Below are positions 8,505 through 17,861 of a DNA stretch of 23,427 nt, in pieces; position 1 is the first letter of the stretch; each line of letters starts with the position of its first letter. Both the position numbers and the translations under genes were made by a program. The notes under the pieces are model-generated. The model was not told the origin of the DNA. It did not search any database and saw only the letters and a list, made by a program, of their open reading frames with translations. Source of the stretch: a virus; the UHGV virus genome UHGV-1543744. One strand, given 5' to 3'.

Positions 8505-9155
8505 TTAGAAGTTCAGATTTTTCAGTGCATTCAGTGCAGAGCTCACATCCTCAGCGTCGCGCAGGGACAGTGCGCCATAGCCCCCGGCCATGAATGCTTT
8601 GGCCTGGGTACGGGAGAGTCCGACATCACGCAGGACTCTTTCGATTTTTTTCTGTTCGGGGATTTCCCCGCGGGCCAGTGCGTTCTTGACGTCGCTGATC
8701 CGCGCCTCGTCGTTAGACGGGAACGTCACCAGGCTGACTTCCCAGAGGTCGATTTCTTTCAGCAGAAAGGCTTCTTTGCTCCGGTCGTATTCCCAGTCTT
8801 TCAGGACGTACCCAATAGAAAGGCCGGTTAACGAACCGGCCTTCATGTGTGCATGTGCGCGTTTTGCGAGGGGATCATCATCAATAAGCAACCGTCCCCT
8901 GACGTAAAGCCCGACATCGTCTTCCTTCATTTCGGTGTAAACACCGATGGGTTCATCCATGCGGTGCTGCCAGAGCAGCGCAGGTAACGCTTTTCTGTCA
9001 CTCCACGCCCGCAGGGAAGCAGCAAATGCCCCGGACATCACCACATCATCGTGGCTGTCCTTTACACCAAAGACGGAGCCATACCCTTCAAACTCACCGG
9101 AGTCACTGACAGATTTCAGACTCAGCGGTACATCAAGACGTTGTTTCGTCTGCAT
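8505..9155 (-). CDS. Prohead protease (HK97 family-like)
   Basis: Positioned between portal and major capsid genes. Start moved to ATG at 9155 (MQTKQRLDVPLSL...), which has an AAGGA Shine-Dalgarno. The ORF-track start at 9191 has none and would overlap portal further. Confidence 0.7.
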   Translation of the reverse strand: MQTKQRLDVPLSLKSVSDSGEFEGYGSVFGVKDSHDDVVMSGAFAASLRAWSDRKALPALLWQHRMDEPIGVYTEMKEDDVGLYVRGRLLIDDDPLAKRAHAHMKAGSLTGLSIGYVLKDWEYDRSKEAFLLKEIDLWEVSLVTFPSNDEARISDVKNALARGEIPEQKKIERVLRDVGLSRTQAKAFMAGGYGALSLRDAEDVSSALNALKNLNF

Positions 9156-10374
9156 TGGCGTTATCCTTCTGCTTACCGGCCTTACTGCCATCGGAGGGTT
9201 TCGTGGTCATGTTCATCGGTGTGAGATAGACATCACCACCGGGACGCGGATTCATATCTTCCAGGTCGCGGCAGTCATTGGGAGAGTAAATTCCCCAGTT
9301 AATCCCGGTGGCGTAGGCTTCAAAACGGGACTTCATATCCCCGCGCAGTAACGCCCCGGCGTTAAATTTGGCGTAATAAACGCCCTGCTTACTTTTTCGT
9401 ACCAGTCCGGTGTTGATCCGCTGTTCGATGCGGGTCAGATACGGCACCAGTGAATAGTTGATAAATCCGAGCCCCAGTTCTTCGATATTGTTGAAGGTGG
9501 CGCGATCGGTGTTCTGCACCATGTGCAACGGCACCCGGAACAGACGACAGATTTCTTCAAGCTGAAACTTGCGGGTTTCCAGGAACTGGCTGTCCTCGGC
9601 GTTCAGCGCCATCGACTTCCAGTCCAGCCCCATCTCAAGGATCATCGGGCGGTGAGCATTACCAAGCCCGGTGTGACGCTCCTCAAAATCTTTCTTCAGG
9701 CGCTCGTAAGCCTGATCTGACAGCGTCTGCTCTGTACGCAACACACCCGACGTCACCGCGCCATTGCTGAACAGTCTGGCCCCGTGCTCTTCGGTCGCTG
9801 CCGCCAGCGATATTGCCTCGCGGGCATAGGCGATGGGATTCAGTCCCACCAGACCGTCCAGCGTCAGCGTGCGCACATGCCAGATATCTTCCTGGCTCAG
9901 TACATCCGTGGAGCCGTCCGGGAATGTGACCTGGTAAACCGGTTCCCAGCTACTGTTAAGCTTCGGTACCACACAACCTGGGTCGACGGGCAGCAGTTCA
10001 GCCACTTCGCCAAATGCTTTCACTTTGTAGGCGTAAAAGTTTCCCCGCAGGCACAGACAGGTGACCACCAGCTCCCAGAACTCCTGCGGCGTCATATAGC
10101 CATTGGGACGCGTGGAGATCAGCTTATGCAGACGTTCGCCGGTGGCTCTCTGTTTCAGGCTGCCGTTCAGGTGATACAGGTTGCAGGGCAACATCCCGAC
10201 CGACTCCGCCAGCACCCTGACGCAGGAAAAAACCGCCGTCAGTCGCATGGCCCGCTGGCTGCTGATCTGCTTTCCGGTATAGGTGTCATATGACAGCCCG
10301 ATAGCATCCGCCAGCTCTGCTGGCGTGGTCACCGGTGCGTCACTTTTTCGTTGAAATAATCCCGAAAAGAACAC
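9133..10374 (-). CDS. Portal protein
   Basis: 413 aa, immediately downstream of the large terminase and upstream of the protease. Start codon is GTG at 10374 with a strong GGAGGT Shine-Dalgarno 6 nt upstream. Acidic, Lys-rich C-terminus. Confidence 0.75.
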   Translation of the reverse strand: MFFSGLFQRKSDAPVTTPAELADAIGLSYDTYTGKQISSQRAMRLTAVFSCVRVLAESVGMLPCNLYHLNGSLKQRATGERLHKLISTRPNGYMTPQEFWELVVTCLCLRGNFYAYKVKAFGEVAELLPVDPGCVVPKLNSSWEPVYQVTFPDGSTDVLSQEDIWHVRTLTLDGLVGLNPIAYAREAISLAAATEEHGARLFSNGAVTSGVLRTEQTLSDQAYERLKKDFEERHTGLGNAHRPMILEMGLDWKSMALNAEDSQFLETRKFQLEEICRLFRVPLHMVQNTDRATFNNIEELGLGFINYSLVPYLTRIEQRINTGLVRKSKQGVYYAKFNAGALLRGDMKSRFEAYATGINWGIYSPNDCRDLEDMNPRPGGDVYLTPMNMTTKPSDGSKAGKQKDNANADETTS

Positions 10375-10556
10375 TATTTACCTCCGCCGACAGACGGCTG
10401 TGTACGGTCGAGATATCGCGCCACCAGCCACGACCAGAACAGGCACAGCGCCCCGGCAACAACAAACCCCGCCGGGGGATAAATCAGCCAGGCACCATAC
10501 GCCAGCAAAAGCGCACCCAGCACGCCCACCAGAGGCGCGAGAATCAGCATGATCAT
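10374..10556 (-). CDS. Small membrane protein with two predicted transmembrane helices and a charged C-terminus
   Basis: 60 aa with two hydrophobic stretches and a charged tail ([14 protein letters not shown]). ATG with GAGGT Shine-Dalgarno. Lies between the terminase and portal genes and overlaps the portal start by 1 nt. Confidence 0.5.
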   Translation of the reverse strand: MIMLILAPLVGVLGALLLAYGAWLIYPPAGFVVAGALCLFWSWLVARYLDRTQPSVGGGK

Positions 10557-10567
10557 AATTACCTCAG

Positions 10568-12301
10568 TTAAAGCGAGCGGATCCCGTAGGACTCAATGTG
10601 ATCAGACAGCGTGTCTTCTTTCTCGTACAGCATGGCTCTGCCAACCGCCATAATCAGCGCAACTGCACCATCAATTTTGTTTTCCGCCTGCTCTTTGACG
10701 GGCTTCACCACATCATCGTTACCCGGAATGGTTTTGCCGACCACATTGCCGATACACCAGGTCATGATGGGATTGCCGTCATGATGAAAGCGCTCCGATT
10801 CAATCGCCGCTTCCAGTTCTTTCATCGGATCGGACATGTTGGTGTAGTTCTGAATGATGGTGATGGGGTTCAGGTCTTCATCAGCAAGGTCATGCGACAA
10901 CCCGGTCGCCCCGAAGGGGTCGATGGGTGACTCACTGACCGGGCTGATTTTGTTCGCCGCTTTGGCCTCCTCGAGGATGTAGCGATAATCCACCTCTGCA
11001 CCATCGGTAACGGTCAGAACGCCCATTTCCACCCATTTCTGAAAGCGTTCGGCTGTCCGGCGATCTTCATTTTTCTCGACGCTGTACACCGTGTCATACG
11101 GTACCCAGAAGCGCGGAGCCACACTGTAGTAATGCGTTTTACCGTCAATCTCGCGGGTATAAAGTCGCGCCATGCTGTTCATATCCAGCTTACGCGCCAG
11201 GTCAAAGGCCAGAATGCACGGCTGCCCCTCGAACTGCTCAAGGGTCAGTGATTTATCCTCGCAGCTCTGCCAGCTCACCAGGTTGAAATACGCCGAACGC
11301 GCCGACACCCAGATATTGAGGTGTTTTGTTTTAAAGACGTTTGCCAGACGGGCGTTATTTTTCGCACGCTGCTGCTGACTTAACAAAAATTCGCGATAAA
11401 CCGACACGCCAATATTTGGATTGGCTTTTTCCAGCACCTGCGGGTCGGTCCAGTCGTCACCTTCATCAACGGTATAGATGATCCCGAACAGTTCATCGTT
11501 AGGCACCGAGCCGTTGAGCATCTCGATAACTTCCCGCCGCTTGTCGTAGCACGGCCCCTCAATGTTGTACCCGGCAGTAGTAATGGCCCACATCAGTGGC
11601 TGACGTCGCGCCCCCATCCCGGTAAGCATCGTGGTGTAAAGCGCATCGGTGGCGTGCTCGTGATATTCATCCACCACCGCACAGTGGGGTGATGATCCAT
11701 CACCGGGGTTACCGATCAGCGGTTCAAACCGCGCGCCATCCTCCGGACGGTTCATGTTTGAGGCGTTAACCTCAATCCCGAACGCTTCCGTCAGCATGGG
11801 TGTGCGTTTACACATCAGTCGCGCCGGGCGAAAGACTTCCCACGCCTGTTTCTCTGTCGTGGCACCGGAATACACTTCCGCGCCAAACTCGTTATCACAG
11901 GCAAAACAATACAGGGCAACACCGGCAGAGATTGCTGATTTGCCGTTCTTACGGGGGATTTCGGTATACACCTCCCGGAAGCGGCGCAACCGGGTGCCTT
12001 TATTGACCCAGCCAAACGCACAGCAGATCACAAATAGCTGCCACGGCTCCAGCGTGATGGGCATCCGTTTAAATGCCCACTCACCCTTGGTGTGCGGCAA
12101 CAGCTGAATAAATTTGGCGGCCCGTTCAGCCAGATCCTTGTCGAAGCGGTAACGAAACGACTTACTTTTTTCCGCCATCAGGTCATCAAGATGGCGCTGG
12201 CAGGCCTGAATCACAAACTGGCAGGCCACAATCTTTCCGCGCACGACATCCCGGGCATACTGATTGGCAGCATTTACGTTGGGGTAAGATTTCCGGCTCA
12301 T
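10568..12301 (-). CDS. terL: Terminase large subunit
   Basis: 577 aa, directly downstream of the small terminase subunit. Size and position fit; the NTPase and nuclease motifs were not aligned explicitly. Confidence 0.75.
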   Translation of the reverse strand: MSRKSYPNVNAANQYARDVVRGKIVACQFVIQACQRHLDDLMAEKSKSFRYRFDKDLAERAAKFIQLLPHTKGEWAFKRMPITLEPWQLFVICCAFGWVNKGTRLRRFREVYTEIPRKNGKSAISAGVALYCFACDNEFGAEVYSGATTEKQAWEVFRPARLMCKRTPMLTEAFGIEVNASNMNRPEDGARFEPLIGNPGDGSSPHCAVVDEYHEHATDALYTTMLTGMGARRQPLMWAITTAGYNIEGPCYDKRREVIEMLNGSVPNDELFGIIYTVDEGDDWTDPQVLEKANPNIGVSVYREFLLSQQQRAKNNARLANVFKTKHLNIWVSARSAYFNLVSWQSCEDKSLTLEQFEGQPCILAFDLARKLDMNSMARLYTREIDGKTHYYSVAPRFWVPYDTVYSVEKNEDRRTAERFQKWVEMGVLTVTDGAEVDYRYILEEAKAANKISPVSESPIDPFGATGLSHDLADEDLNPITIIQNYTNMSDPMKELEAAIESERFHHDGNPIMTWCIGNVVGKTIPGNDDVVKPVKEQAENKIDGAVALIMAVGRAMLYEKEDTLSDHIESYGIRSL

Positions 12302-12314
12302 GATTCGATGATTT

Positions 12315-12800
12315 TCAGATTGTCAGAAACGGGTTAGTGGCTTTCTTCTTCCCCGCCAGGCCAATCAGACGCTGTCGGCTGCTGGGGTCGAGTCCGAGCA
12401 TTGCCCCCGTGCTGCTCATCTCGGACTCCTGTTCTTTTTTGGCGGTCAGCTCCGGATTTTTGACCATGCCACCCATTGCACCGGTGATGGTGTTACCCTG
12501 TCTGGCAATATTTTTCACGGCACGTCGCCAGAACTCATAGGCCACACACCACCGCTCAAGTACCGCCAGGTCAGTCACGCACAGCAGGCCCTGACCGCAG
12601 AGTTCTTTGGTTGTCAGTTGCCACATGATCGTGGCGAGAGGGAGATCTTCTTCAGCGAACCACTCCGGTGGCTCAACACCTTTGATGGGCGTAAAAACAG
12701 GTTCATCTTTATTCAGGGCTCGCTTGCCGGGGTTTCCGGCCAGCGCCTTGCGCGCCGTTGGCTTGGGGCGACGCCCGGAACGCCCCGCCGTTCCAGCCAT
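12315..12800 (-). CDS. terS: Terminase small subunit (P27-family-like)
   Basis: Gly/Arg/Lys-rich N-terminus ([29 protein letters not shown]) typical of P27-type small terminases. Start moved to ATG at 12800, which has an AGGAG Shine-Dalgarno 8 nt upstream. The ORF-track start at 12809 is a GTG abutting the Shine-Dalgarno. Confidence 0.7.
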   Translation of the reverse strand: MAGTAGRSGRRPKPTARKALAGNPGKRALNKDEPVFTPIKGVEPPEWFAEEDLPLATIMWQLTTKELCGQGLLCVTDLAVLERWCVAYEFWRRAVKNIARQGNTITGAMGGMVKNPELTAKKEQESEMSSTGAMLGLDPSSRQRLIGLAGKKKATNPFLTI

Positions 12801-13010
12801 ATGCGGCACTCCTGGTTAAATTTCATTTTTCGCGGGTATAAAAAAACGATGGGGCGGGCAGTCCCGGATAGTCAGGGCTGTAGAGATTTGACTACCCCCT
12901 CCCCACTGGATTCAGGTTACTGCTATTCCGTTAATCGCTGCTTACGGGGATAGCTGCGTTGTGATTTTGACCATTCAGGTCGCCGCTATTTCCTCACCGA
13001 TTGGGTGCTA

Positions 13011-13034
13011 CGCGTGCGCGTACTTGTCCCGAAA
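13011..13034. repeat. Box CGCGTGCGCGTACTTGTCCCGAAA upstream of terS, repeated at 19144-19380
   Basis: The 14-mer CGCGTGCGCGTACT is identical at 13011-13024 and 19144-19157. TACTTGTCCCGAAA is identical at 13021-13034 and 19367-19380. A 12-mer copy lies at 19263-19274. All copies are in the same orientation. Confidence 0.6.
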
Positions 13035-13076
13035 TACCAGAAACCGCCAGCCAGAGGATGATTTCCCTCTGGTGGT

Positions 13077-13358
13077 CTACCTTTGCCTCTTGCCGCCATT
13101 TAACCGGAAGGCGTTACCGTTCGGTTGCGCTATCCCCATGCGGTGTTGCGTTTCGGTAACAGCTTTATGCAGGTCGCCAAAGTCCTCAACCTTCACGGGC
13201 GGGCGCTTCACGTTCTCCAGACACGTTTCACGGCGGCGCTTTATCCATTCCCGATCATCGTCCTCGGTGCATAACAGCATGACTTCCATCCATCGCGCTG
13301 CGGCGCGTCGGTACAGCCCTTTTGCTTCCAGATCCTCGGCTTTACTGTCGTTTACCAT
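13077..13358 (-). CDS. Small putative transcriptional activator, PerC-like (tentative)
   Basis: 93 aa. N-terminal motif ...KAEDLEAKGLYRRAAARWMEVM... resembles the PerC/Pch family as I recall it; this was not verified by alignment. ATG with GGGGGAG Shine-Dalgarno. Last gene before the terS upstream region and followed by a hairpin (CCAGAGG-N9-CCTCTGG). Confidence 0.35.
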   Translation of the reverse strand: MVNDSKAEDLEAKGLYRRAAARWMEVMLLCTEDDDREWIKRRRETCLENVKRPPVKVEDFGDLHKAVTETQHRMGIAQPNGNAFRLNGGKRQR

Positions 13359-13360
13359 GT

Positions 13361-13831
13361 TTATCTCCCCCAGAATGGCGTTTCATCGTCGAATGGTGGG
13401 CGTTGGTCAAAATCATCAGGGGTATTATATAACTCCCATCCCGGCGCGGATTGTGTTGTGTGGCCCCTGCTGGCTCCGCTTGCTTTGACTGATTCGGCCC
13501 GCTTCCCGCCGGGGCGTACCGTTCTGGCGCTGATCACGCTGTCGGCTACTACCTGATAACCTTGCTGTGTACCGCCATCCTTGCCCGTCCACTGATTGAT
13601 CTGCATCGCTCCGGCAACACTGACTAAATCGCCTTTAACGTGTCCTGCCAGTGCGTCGGCCTGTTTGCCGAATGCCACCACGCCCAGCCAGAAAGTAACC
13701 TCTCCGCCCTCTGCTGCATGGCAGGGCAGTGCCACCGCTAACCGGCCCATTGCCATGCTTGTACCGTTTGCTGTGGTACGGGTCTGGGGATCTGCCACCA
13801 GCCGCCCGTATGCTGAAATTTGTGCTGTCAT
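13361..13831 (-). CDS. Single-stranded DNA-binding protein-like (OB-fold)
   Basis: 156 aa. Residue pattern W..FGK..A...KG..V.V.G.L..NQW...Y.VVAD is consistent with an SSB OB fold, and the C-terminus is acidic with a PF tip (DDFDQRPPFDDETPF...). ATG with GAGGAAA Shine-Dalgarno. Confidence 0.5.
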   Translation of the reverse strand: MTAQISAYGRLVADPQTRTTANGTSMAMGRLAVALPCHAAEGGEVTFWLGVVAFGKQADALAGHVKGDLVSVAGAMQINQWTGKDGGTQQGYQVVADSVISARTVRPGGKRAESVKASGASRGHTTQSAPGWELYNTPDDFDQRPPFDDETPFWGR

Positions 13832-14130
13832 AGATATTTCCTCATGTAGTCACTACCTCCGGGGATAATTTTCATTTCTTCCCTTAAAGGCCACTGCTCC
13901 GCCATTGCTGCGGTCGAGTGATTCCCGTCATCACGTCCGGCCTGTGCTGCCGTCCAGTGTGTTGCATATTCTGTAAATCCAATTTCTGCTGGCTGCCTCA
14001 TCCAGTGGGCGATCATCCTCAAGGTCATTTGCAGGCTTTGGGTGTCGCCCTGTAATGCGCGTTTGTCAGTAAACCCCTTCAATGCTTCACGCTCCTGATA
14101 GGTCATTTTCTGGCTGGTTTCTGTATTCAT
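13828..14130 (-). CDS. Hypothetical protein
   Basis: 100 aa, ATG with AAGGTGG Shine-Dalgarno, ATGA-coupled to the SSB-like gene. First gene after the iteron region. Confidence 0.5.
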   Translation of the reverse strand: MNTETSQKMTYQEREALKGFTDKRALQGDTQSLQMTLRMIAHWMRQPAEIGFTEYATHWTAAQAGRDDGNHSTAAMAEQWPLREEMKIIPGGSDYMRKYL

Positions 14131-14183
14131 TGCCCACCTTCGTTATAAGCTACCCCCCCCATAGAATCTTTTTGGGGGTGTAA

Positions 14184-14433
14184 TATCCCTACCAATCCCT
14201 ACTAACTGTCTCAGGCCACGAATGGCAAGGCTTTCAGACTGGTAGGCATTCAATTTTGTTGCCCTACATAACCCTACTTATCCCTACTAAATCACTTCAA
14301 CGGCATTTTACTGCCTGTTTTATTTGGTAGGGATATGTAGGGATAAGTAGGGATAAAAATATATATCCCTACCTAGTTTAAAGCCTTGCTACGTCTGGCC
14401 TCGTCTCGTTTTTAGTAGGGCAGTAGGGATAAG
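14184..14433. repeat. Iteron cluster, putative replication origin
   Basis: About 12 copies of the core GTAGGG/CCCTAC. Reverse copies lie at about 14187, 14197, 14262, 14272, 14282 and 14367. Three perfect tandem 10-bp units GTAGGGATA(T/A) lie at 14327, 14337 and 14347, followed by the AT-tract AAAAATATATAT (14355-14366). Further forward copies are at 14414 and 14423. The cluster is immediately 3' of the primase-helicase stop. Confidence 0.6.
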
Positions 14434-14449
14434 TGCCGCCGTAAAAGTT

Positions 14450-16891
14450 TCAATCATCACTCTGCCCGCTCTCCACACCGTAAGCGCGTGGCATGAACTC
14501 CTCAGCCTTCTCGTTATAGCCAACGTTGGTTTGCGCTCTGCCGTTAATGCTTCTCGTCAGGTAGCTGGCTCGGTACTCTTTTGCTGCTGATTTTATGGCG
14601 CGTGAAAACTTATTGACGGAAAGCGGTTTACCCAAACCGTGATACTCCATAAACGCCAGATAAAGATGATAAAGATACGTCCTCGGCTCTGGCTGGCCTG
14701 CCCATGTACCTCCGCCCATCATCATGCCTTTGGGTTCGTTCATGAAAAAAAGCGCCGCACACATATCGACAACCGGATCCGTGCCGCGTTTAACCTCTAG
14801 CGCCTCCTGCGAATCGCGCTGCTCTAGTAATAGTGCTTTTGCTTTGTTCTGGTCGGCAAAGGTGGTTAGCAGGTGGCGGATAATCACCGGGATTTCTCGC
14901 CTGATTTTTGCTGTTAAATCCGGGTCTTTGTCTGCGTCTGATACCGGGTTATTAAACGGGAATATCACGCGGCGGCGGGCAATGCCCCCGTTTCGCTCCG
15001 TGAATGTCATCGGCTCGTTATTGGTTGCCATAACAACGGCATTTATCACGGTTGTGAACTGCTTTTCATATTTCCCATCAATCTCTACCGGATCGCCGCC
15101 CGTAATGGCTTTAATCCCCGCACCCTCTCCAACATAGCGGGTCTGGTCAGGCATAATAATCAGGCTTTTTCCTACGAACTGCGCCCGTCCCCGTGCGGTG
15201 TCCAGCGTCATCATGCTACCGCTGGCGGTGTTGTGTTCACCTGCCAGCGTGGTTGCTATACTGCTGAATACGGATTTCCCACTGCCGCCCTCGCCAGTTA
15301 TCTCAATGAATAGCTGCCAGTCGTGACGCTTCGCCAGCACCATAAACAAGGCTGCTTTGATACGCTCGGCCTTATGATGGTCGCCAGCCGTTGCATGATT
15401 CAGCCAACGGGTAAAATTGGGGGCGCTGGTGGTAATATTTTCCCCCGGCGCTGGCGGGGTGTAGGTGATCCCATTGTGGTTCATCAGCCAGTTACCCGGC
15501 GAATGGGCGGAAAACGTCTGCGTGGCGAGGTCATAAACGCCGTTATCAAAACCAATCAGATCCCCGCTCCGCTCACCAATTACCGGTATTTGCAGCTTCA
15601 TGGTTGCGACAACCGATTTAATCCCCTTTTCGGTGTAGTGGGCTTCGTGCTCGTCGAAAATTGCCACCATAACCCTTTCTAATTCACTGTCTGGTAGCTT
15701 CACCCATACGCCAGATTCGTAGCAGTAAACAGTGCCACTATCAGGGTTAACCGCCAACATATCCCATCGAGATGAAAGCAACCGCGCTTTCTGGCTGGCT
15801 GCCATTTGTGCAATATCTCCGACTTCGGCTTTACGGCGGGATTTACCGCCCGCAATGGCCTGTAGTTGTGGTTTCACGGCTTCCCCCTGAATCTGGTACA
15901 TCGAATCGTTAAACGCAGCCGTAGCGACTTCCAGCCCGTTTTGCTGGCGGTAGTCGTCCCAGTCGGCTTTGTAGTCTGTCGGCGGCAGCGCCACCCAGCC
16001 AGCCACGGATAATGCTGCTTTCTCTGCGGCATCTTTGCCCGTGTTCGCCTGTTCGTCCTGCTGGTGGTCGTTATCTGCGGCAATGATAATTTGCGACTGC
16101 GGGTGTTTCCGGCGCATTACTCTGGCAACGTGGATCAGGTTCCCGGCGTCAATTGCCGACACTGTAAGCGCGTCCGGGCGCATCAGGTGAACGGACAGGG
16201 CCGTCGCCAGCCCCTCGGCAATTAATACGCTCTGCGGCTGTTCCGGTGCGTTAACGGCGTGATATGCCCCGCGCTTTGCTGAACCTGTCAGGAGTCGCTT
16301 CTCTCCCTGCGGTGTAATGGTTTGCGCTGCTGCCACTGCGCCGGATTCGTCCACCAGCTCCAGCAATAACGAACCATCCGGCATTACCGGATATTTAAAC
16401 CCGGTCAGCCCTTTTGATTGCAGGTAATCAGATTCGCCCTGTGTGGCACTCTGGCGCATTCCGGCATACAGACGGGCAAACGTAGCCCTTCGCTGCTCTG
16501 CGTCCTCTGCTGCCTGTTTCTGGCGCTCCTGCTCACGCTGCTGGCGGTCAGCTTCCAGTTGCTCCCTTCTATGGCTCGCTGCCACCGGATCGGTTTCCGC
16601 TGCCCGGTAATCAATACCCAGCACATCAGCGGCAAGCCTCGCCGCTTCTGTGGTGGCGCAGTTGTTCACCTTCTTAATCAGGTCTAAACCGTCACCAGCG
16701 CCACACTGATTGCAGATAAAGCTACCGCGCCCGTTGTCGTCGAATCTGAAACGGTCTTTTCCACCACATGCAGGGCATGGAGAATGGCGGCGCGATGAAT
16801 CAGGCACGTCGATAGACAATCCAGCCAGCACATAAGGCCAGCGCCCGGCGGCGGCACTGGTCACTTCGCGGATAAGGTCGATATTACGCAT
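14450..16891 (-). CDS. DNA primase-helicase (zinc ribbon, TOPRIM-like primase core, C-terminal P-loop NTPase)
   Basis: N-terminal CxxC...CxxC zinc ribbon (CPACGGKDRF...CNQCGAGDG), acidic TOPRIM-like motifs (AEG...IIIAADNDH), and a C-terminal Walker A (GEGGSGKS). Start moved to ATG at 16891, which has a perfect AGGAGG Shine-Dalgarno. The ORF-track start at 16948 is a GTG. Confidence 0.8.
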   Translation of the reverse strand: MRNIDLIREVTSAAAGRWPYVLAGLSIDVPDSSRRHSPCPACGGKDRFRFDDNGRGSFICNQCGAGDGLDLIKKVNNCATTEAARLAADVLGIDYRAAETDPVAASHRREQLEADRQQREQERQKQAAEDAEQRRATFARLYAGMRQSATQGESDYLQSKGLTGFKYPVMPDGSLLLELVDESGAVAAAQTITPQGEKRLLTGSAKRGAYHAVNAPEQPQSVLIAEGLATALSVHLMRPDALTVSAIDAGNLIHVARVMRRKHPQSQIIIAADNDHQQDEQANTGKDAAEKAALSVAGWVALPPTDYKADWDDYRQQNGLEVATAAFNDSMYQIQGEAVKPQLQAIAGGKSRRKAEVGDIAQMAASQKARLLSSRWDMLAVNPDSGTVYCYESGVWVKLPDSELERVMVAIFDEHEAHYTEKGIKSVVATMKLQIPVIGERSGDLIGFDNGVYDLATQTFSAHSPGNWLMNHNGITYTPPAPGENITTSAPNFTRWLNHATAGDHHKAERIKAALFMVLAKRHDWQLFIEITGEGGSGKSVFSSIATTLAGEHNTASGSMMTLDTARGRAQFVGKSLIIMPDQTRYVGEGAGIKAITGGDPVEIDGKYEKQFTTVINAVVMATNNEPMTFTERNGGIARRRVIFPFNNPVSDADKDPDLTAKIRREIPVIIRHLLTTFADQNKAKALLLEQRDSQEALEVKRGTDPVVDMCAALFFMNEPKGMMMGGGTWAGQPEPRTYLYHLYLAFMEYHGLGKPLSVNKFSRAIKSAAKEYRASYLTRSINGRAQTNVGYNEKAEEFMPRAYGVESGQSDD

Positions 16892-17225
16892 GGTTGCCTC
16901 CTGCCACGGTCGCGCCCATGTCTTTAACCATGCTTTGCCATATCTCACGCCCGACGTCAGTCAATCCGTCATTAGTGACGCAACGCTCAAGAAGCTCGAC
17001 CCCCACGGTTTCCCACTGCGGGTAGGACACTTTCATGGCTGCCAGTGTGTAGCTATCGATCAGGCTGCGAACGCCTTTTACTCCATTGACGATTTCCACA
17101 CGGACGGCGAGGCCGTCCGCATCAACCATGAAATAGTCACCGCCGCTGGTGGAGGTAATGTGGTTATACAGTGCCGACGCATACTTATTCGCCAGCGCAT
17201 TCAGTCTGAAATTTTTAGTAATCAT
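16884..17225 (-). CDS. Hypothetical protein
   Basis: 113 aa, ATG with GAGGGGG Shine-Dalgarno. Its stop overlaps the primase start by 8 nt. Confidence 0.5.
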   Translation of the reverse strand: MITKNFRLNALANKYASALYNHITSTSGGDYFMVDADGLAVRVEIVNGVKGVRSLIDSYTLAAMKVSYPQWETVGVELLERCVTNDGLTDVGREIWQSMVKDMGATVAGGNHA

Positions 17226-17234
17226 GTCGCCCCC

Positions 17235-17861
17235 TCAGTGCGGCAGCGGCATTTCAGGCCAGCCGTTTTCATCCAGTTCAGCTATAAAGCTGTTGTGAAG
17301 TTCAGCAAGCGTTTCACGCCCGAACGGGGTCAACTCGCCGCGCTCCGTGTCGATCATGGCCTGATAAAAAACAATGGCGTTCGCTGTTCCCTGCTCAATG
17401 CCGTAGCGCTCAACCATTGCGCCCTCCATGTTGTTAGCCATCGCCAGACGTTCCGCGAACGGGTAAACCACAATCCCCGCCGTGCCATTGGAGTAAATCG
17501 CCACCTGCGATGAAGTGCCGTCAGACTCAGTTACCGTGGTTGTGCCGTTTTCGCGCTTCATCTCAGAAATGAACGTCGCAGCAATCAGCCAGCGCCACAT
17601 AGTGACGTTATGCTGCGCGGTGAAGTCGAACCAGCCACGCGCCCCGCCATCAGCAACGGCAAAATGAATGGCGTATCCGATATCTGGCTTATCGTCGTAC
17701 TCTCCGGCGTCAAGGCCGTTCACGGCGCTCTCGTAGCTGATAAGAGCAACCTGCTCATATCCCCCGGCATCATTGCGGGTCATGATATTGACGCCGTGCG
17801 GTGTGGCTTCGGCGTGTAATAAGTCGGCATTTCCCGATTTAATGGTCGGTGCGTTGCTCAT
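17235..17861 (-). CDS. Hypothetical protein
   Basis: 208 aa, ATG with GGAGGG Shine-Dalgarno, ATGA-coupled to the upstream gene. No recognisable family. Confidence 0.5.
   Translation of the reverse strand: MSNAPTIKSGNADLLHAEATPHGVNIMTRNDAGGYEQVALISYESAVNGLDAGEYDDKPDIGYAIHFAVADGGARGWFDFTAQHNVTMWRWLIAATFISEMKRENGTTTVTESDGTSSQVAIYSNGTAGIVVYPFAERLAMANNMEGAMVERYGIEQGTANAIVFYQAMIDTERGELTPFGRETLAELHNSFIAELDENGWPEMPLPH

Noticed and set aside
1093-10293. Plus-strand ORFs lying inside minus-strand structural genes, for example 1093-1521, 1511-1840, 3878-4294, 4322-4633, 5288-5878, 5968-6465, 6338-6805, 6682-7122, 8159-8593 and 9784-10293
   Set aside because: They are antisense or out-of-frame shadows of well-supported minus-strand genes that have Shine-Dalgarno sequences, coupling and conserved order. 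They show odd composition (Arg/Ser/Pro/Cys-rich) and no ribosome-binding sites.
14184-14433. Possible CRISPR array, considered because of the dense short repeats
   Set aside because: Repeat units are only 7-10 bp, occur in both orientations, and are not separated by unique spacers of regular length. No cas genes are present. The pattern fits iterons, not CRISPR.
16892-16948. Primase N-terminal extension MRYGKAWLKTWARPWQEAT from the ORF track
   Set aside because: Codon 1 is GTG with no Shine-Dalgarno. The ATG at 16891 has a perfect AGGAGG and gives normal gene overlap, so the extension is probably not translated.
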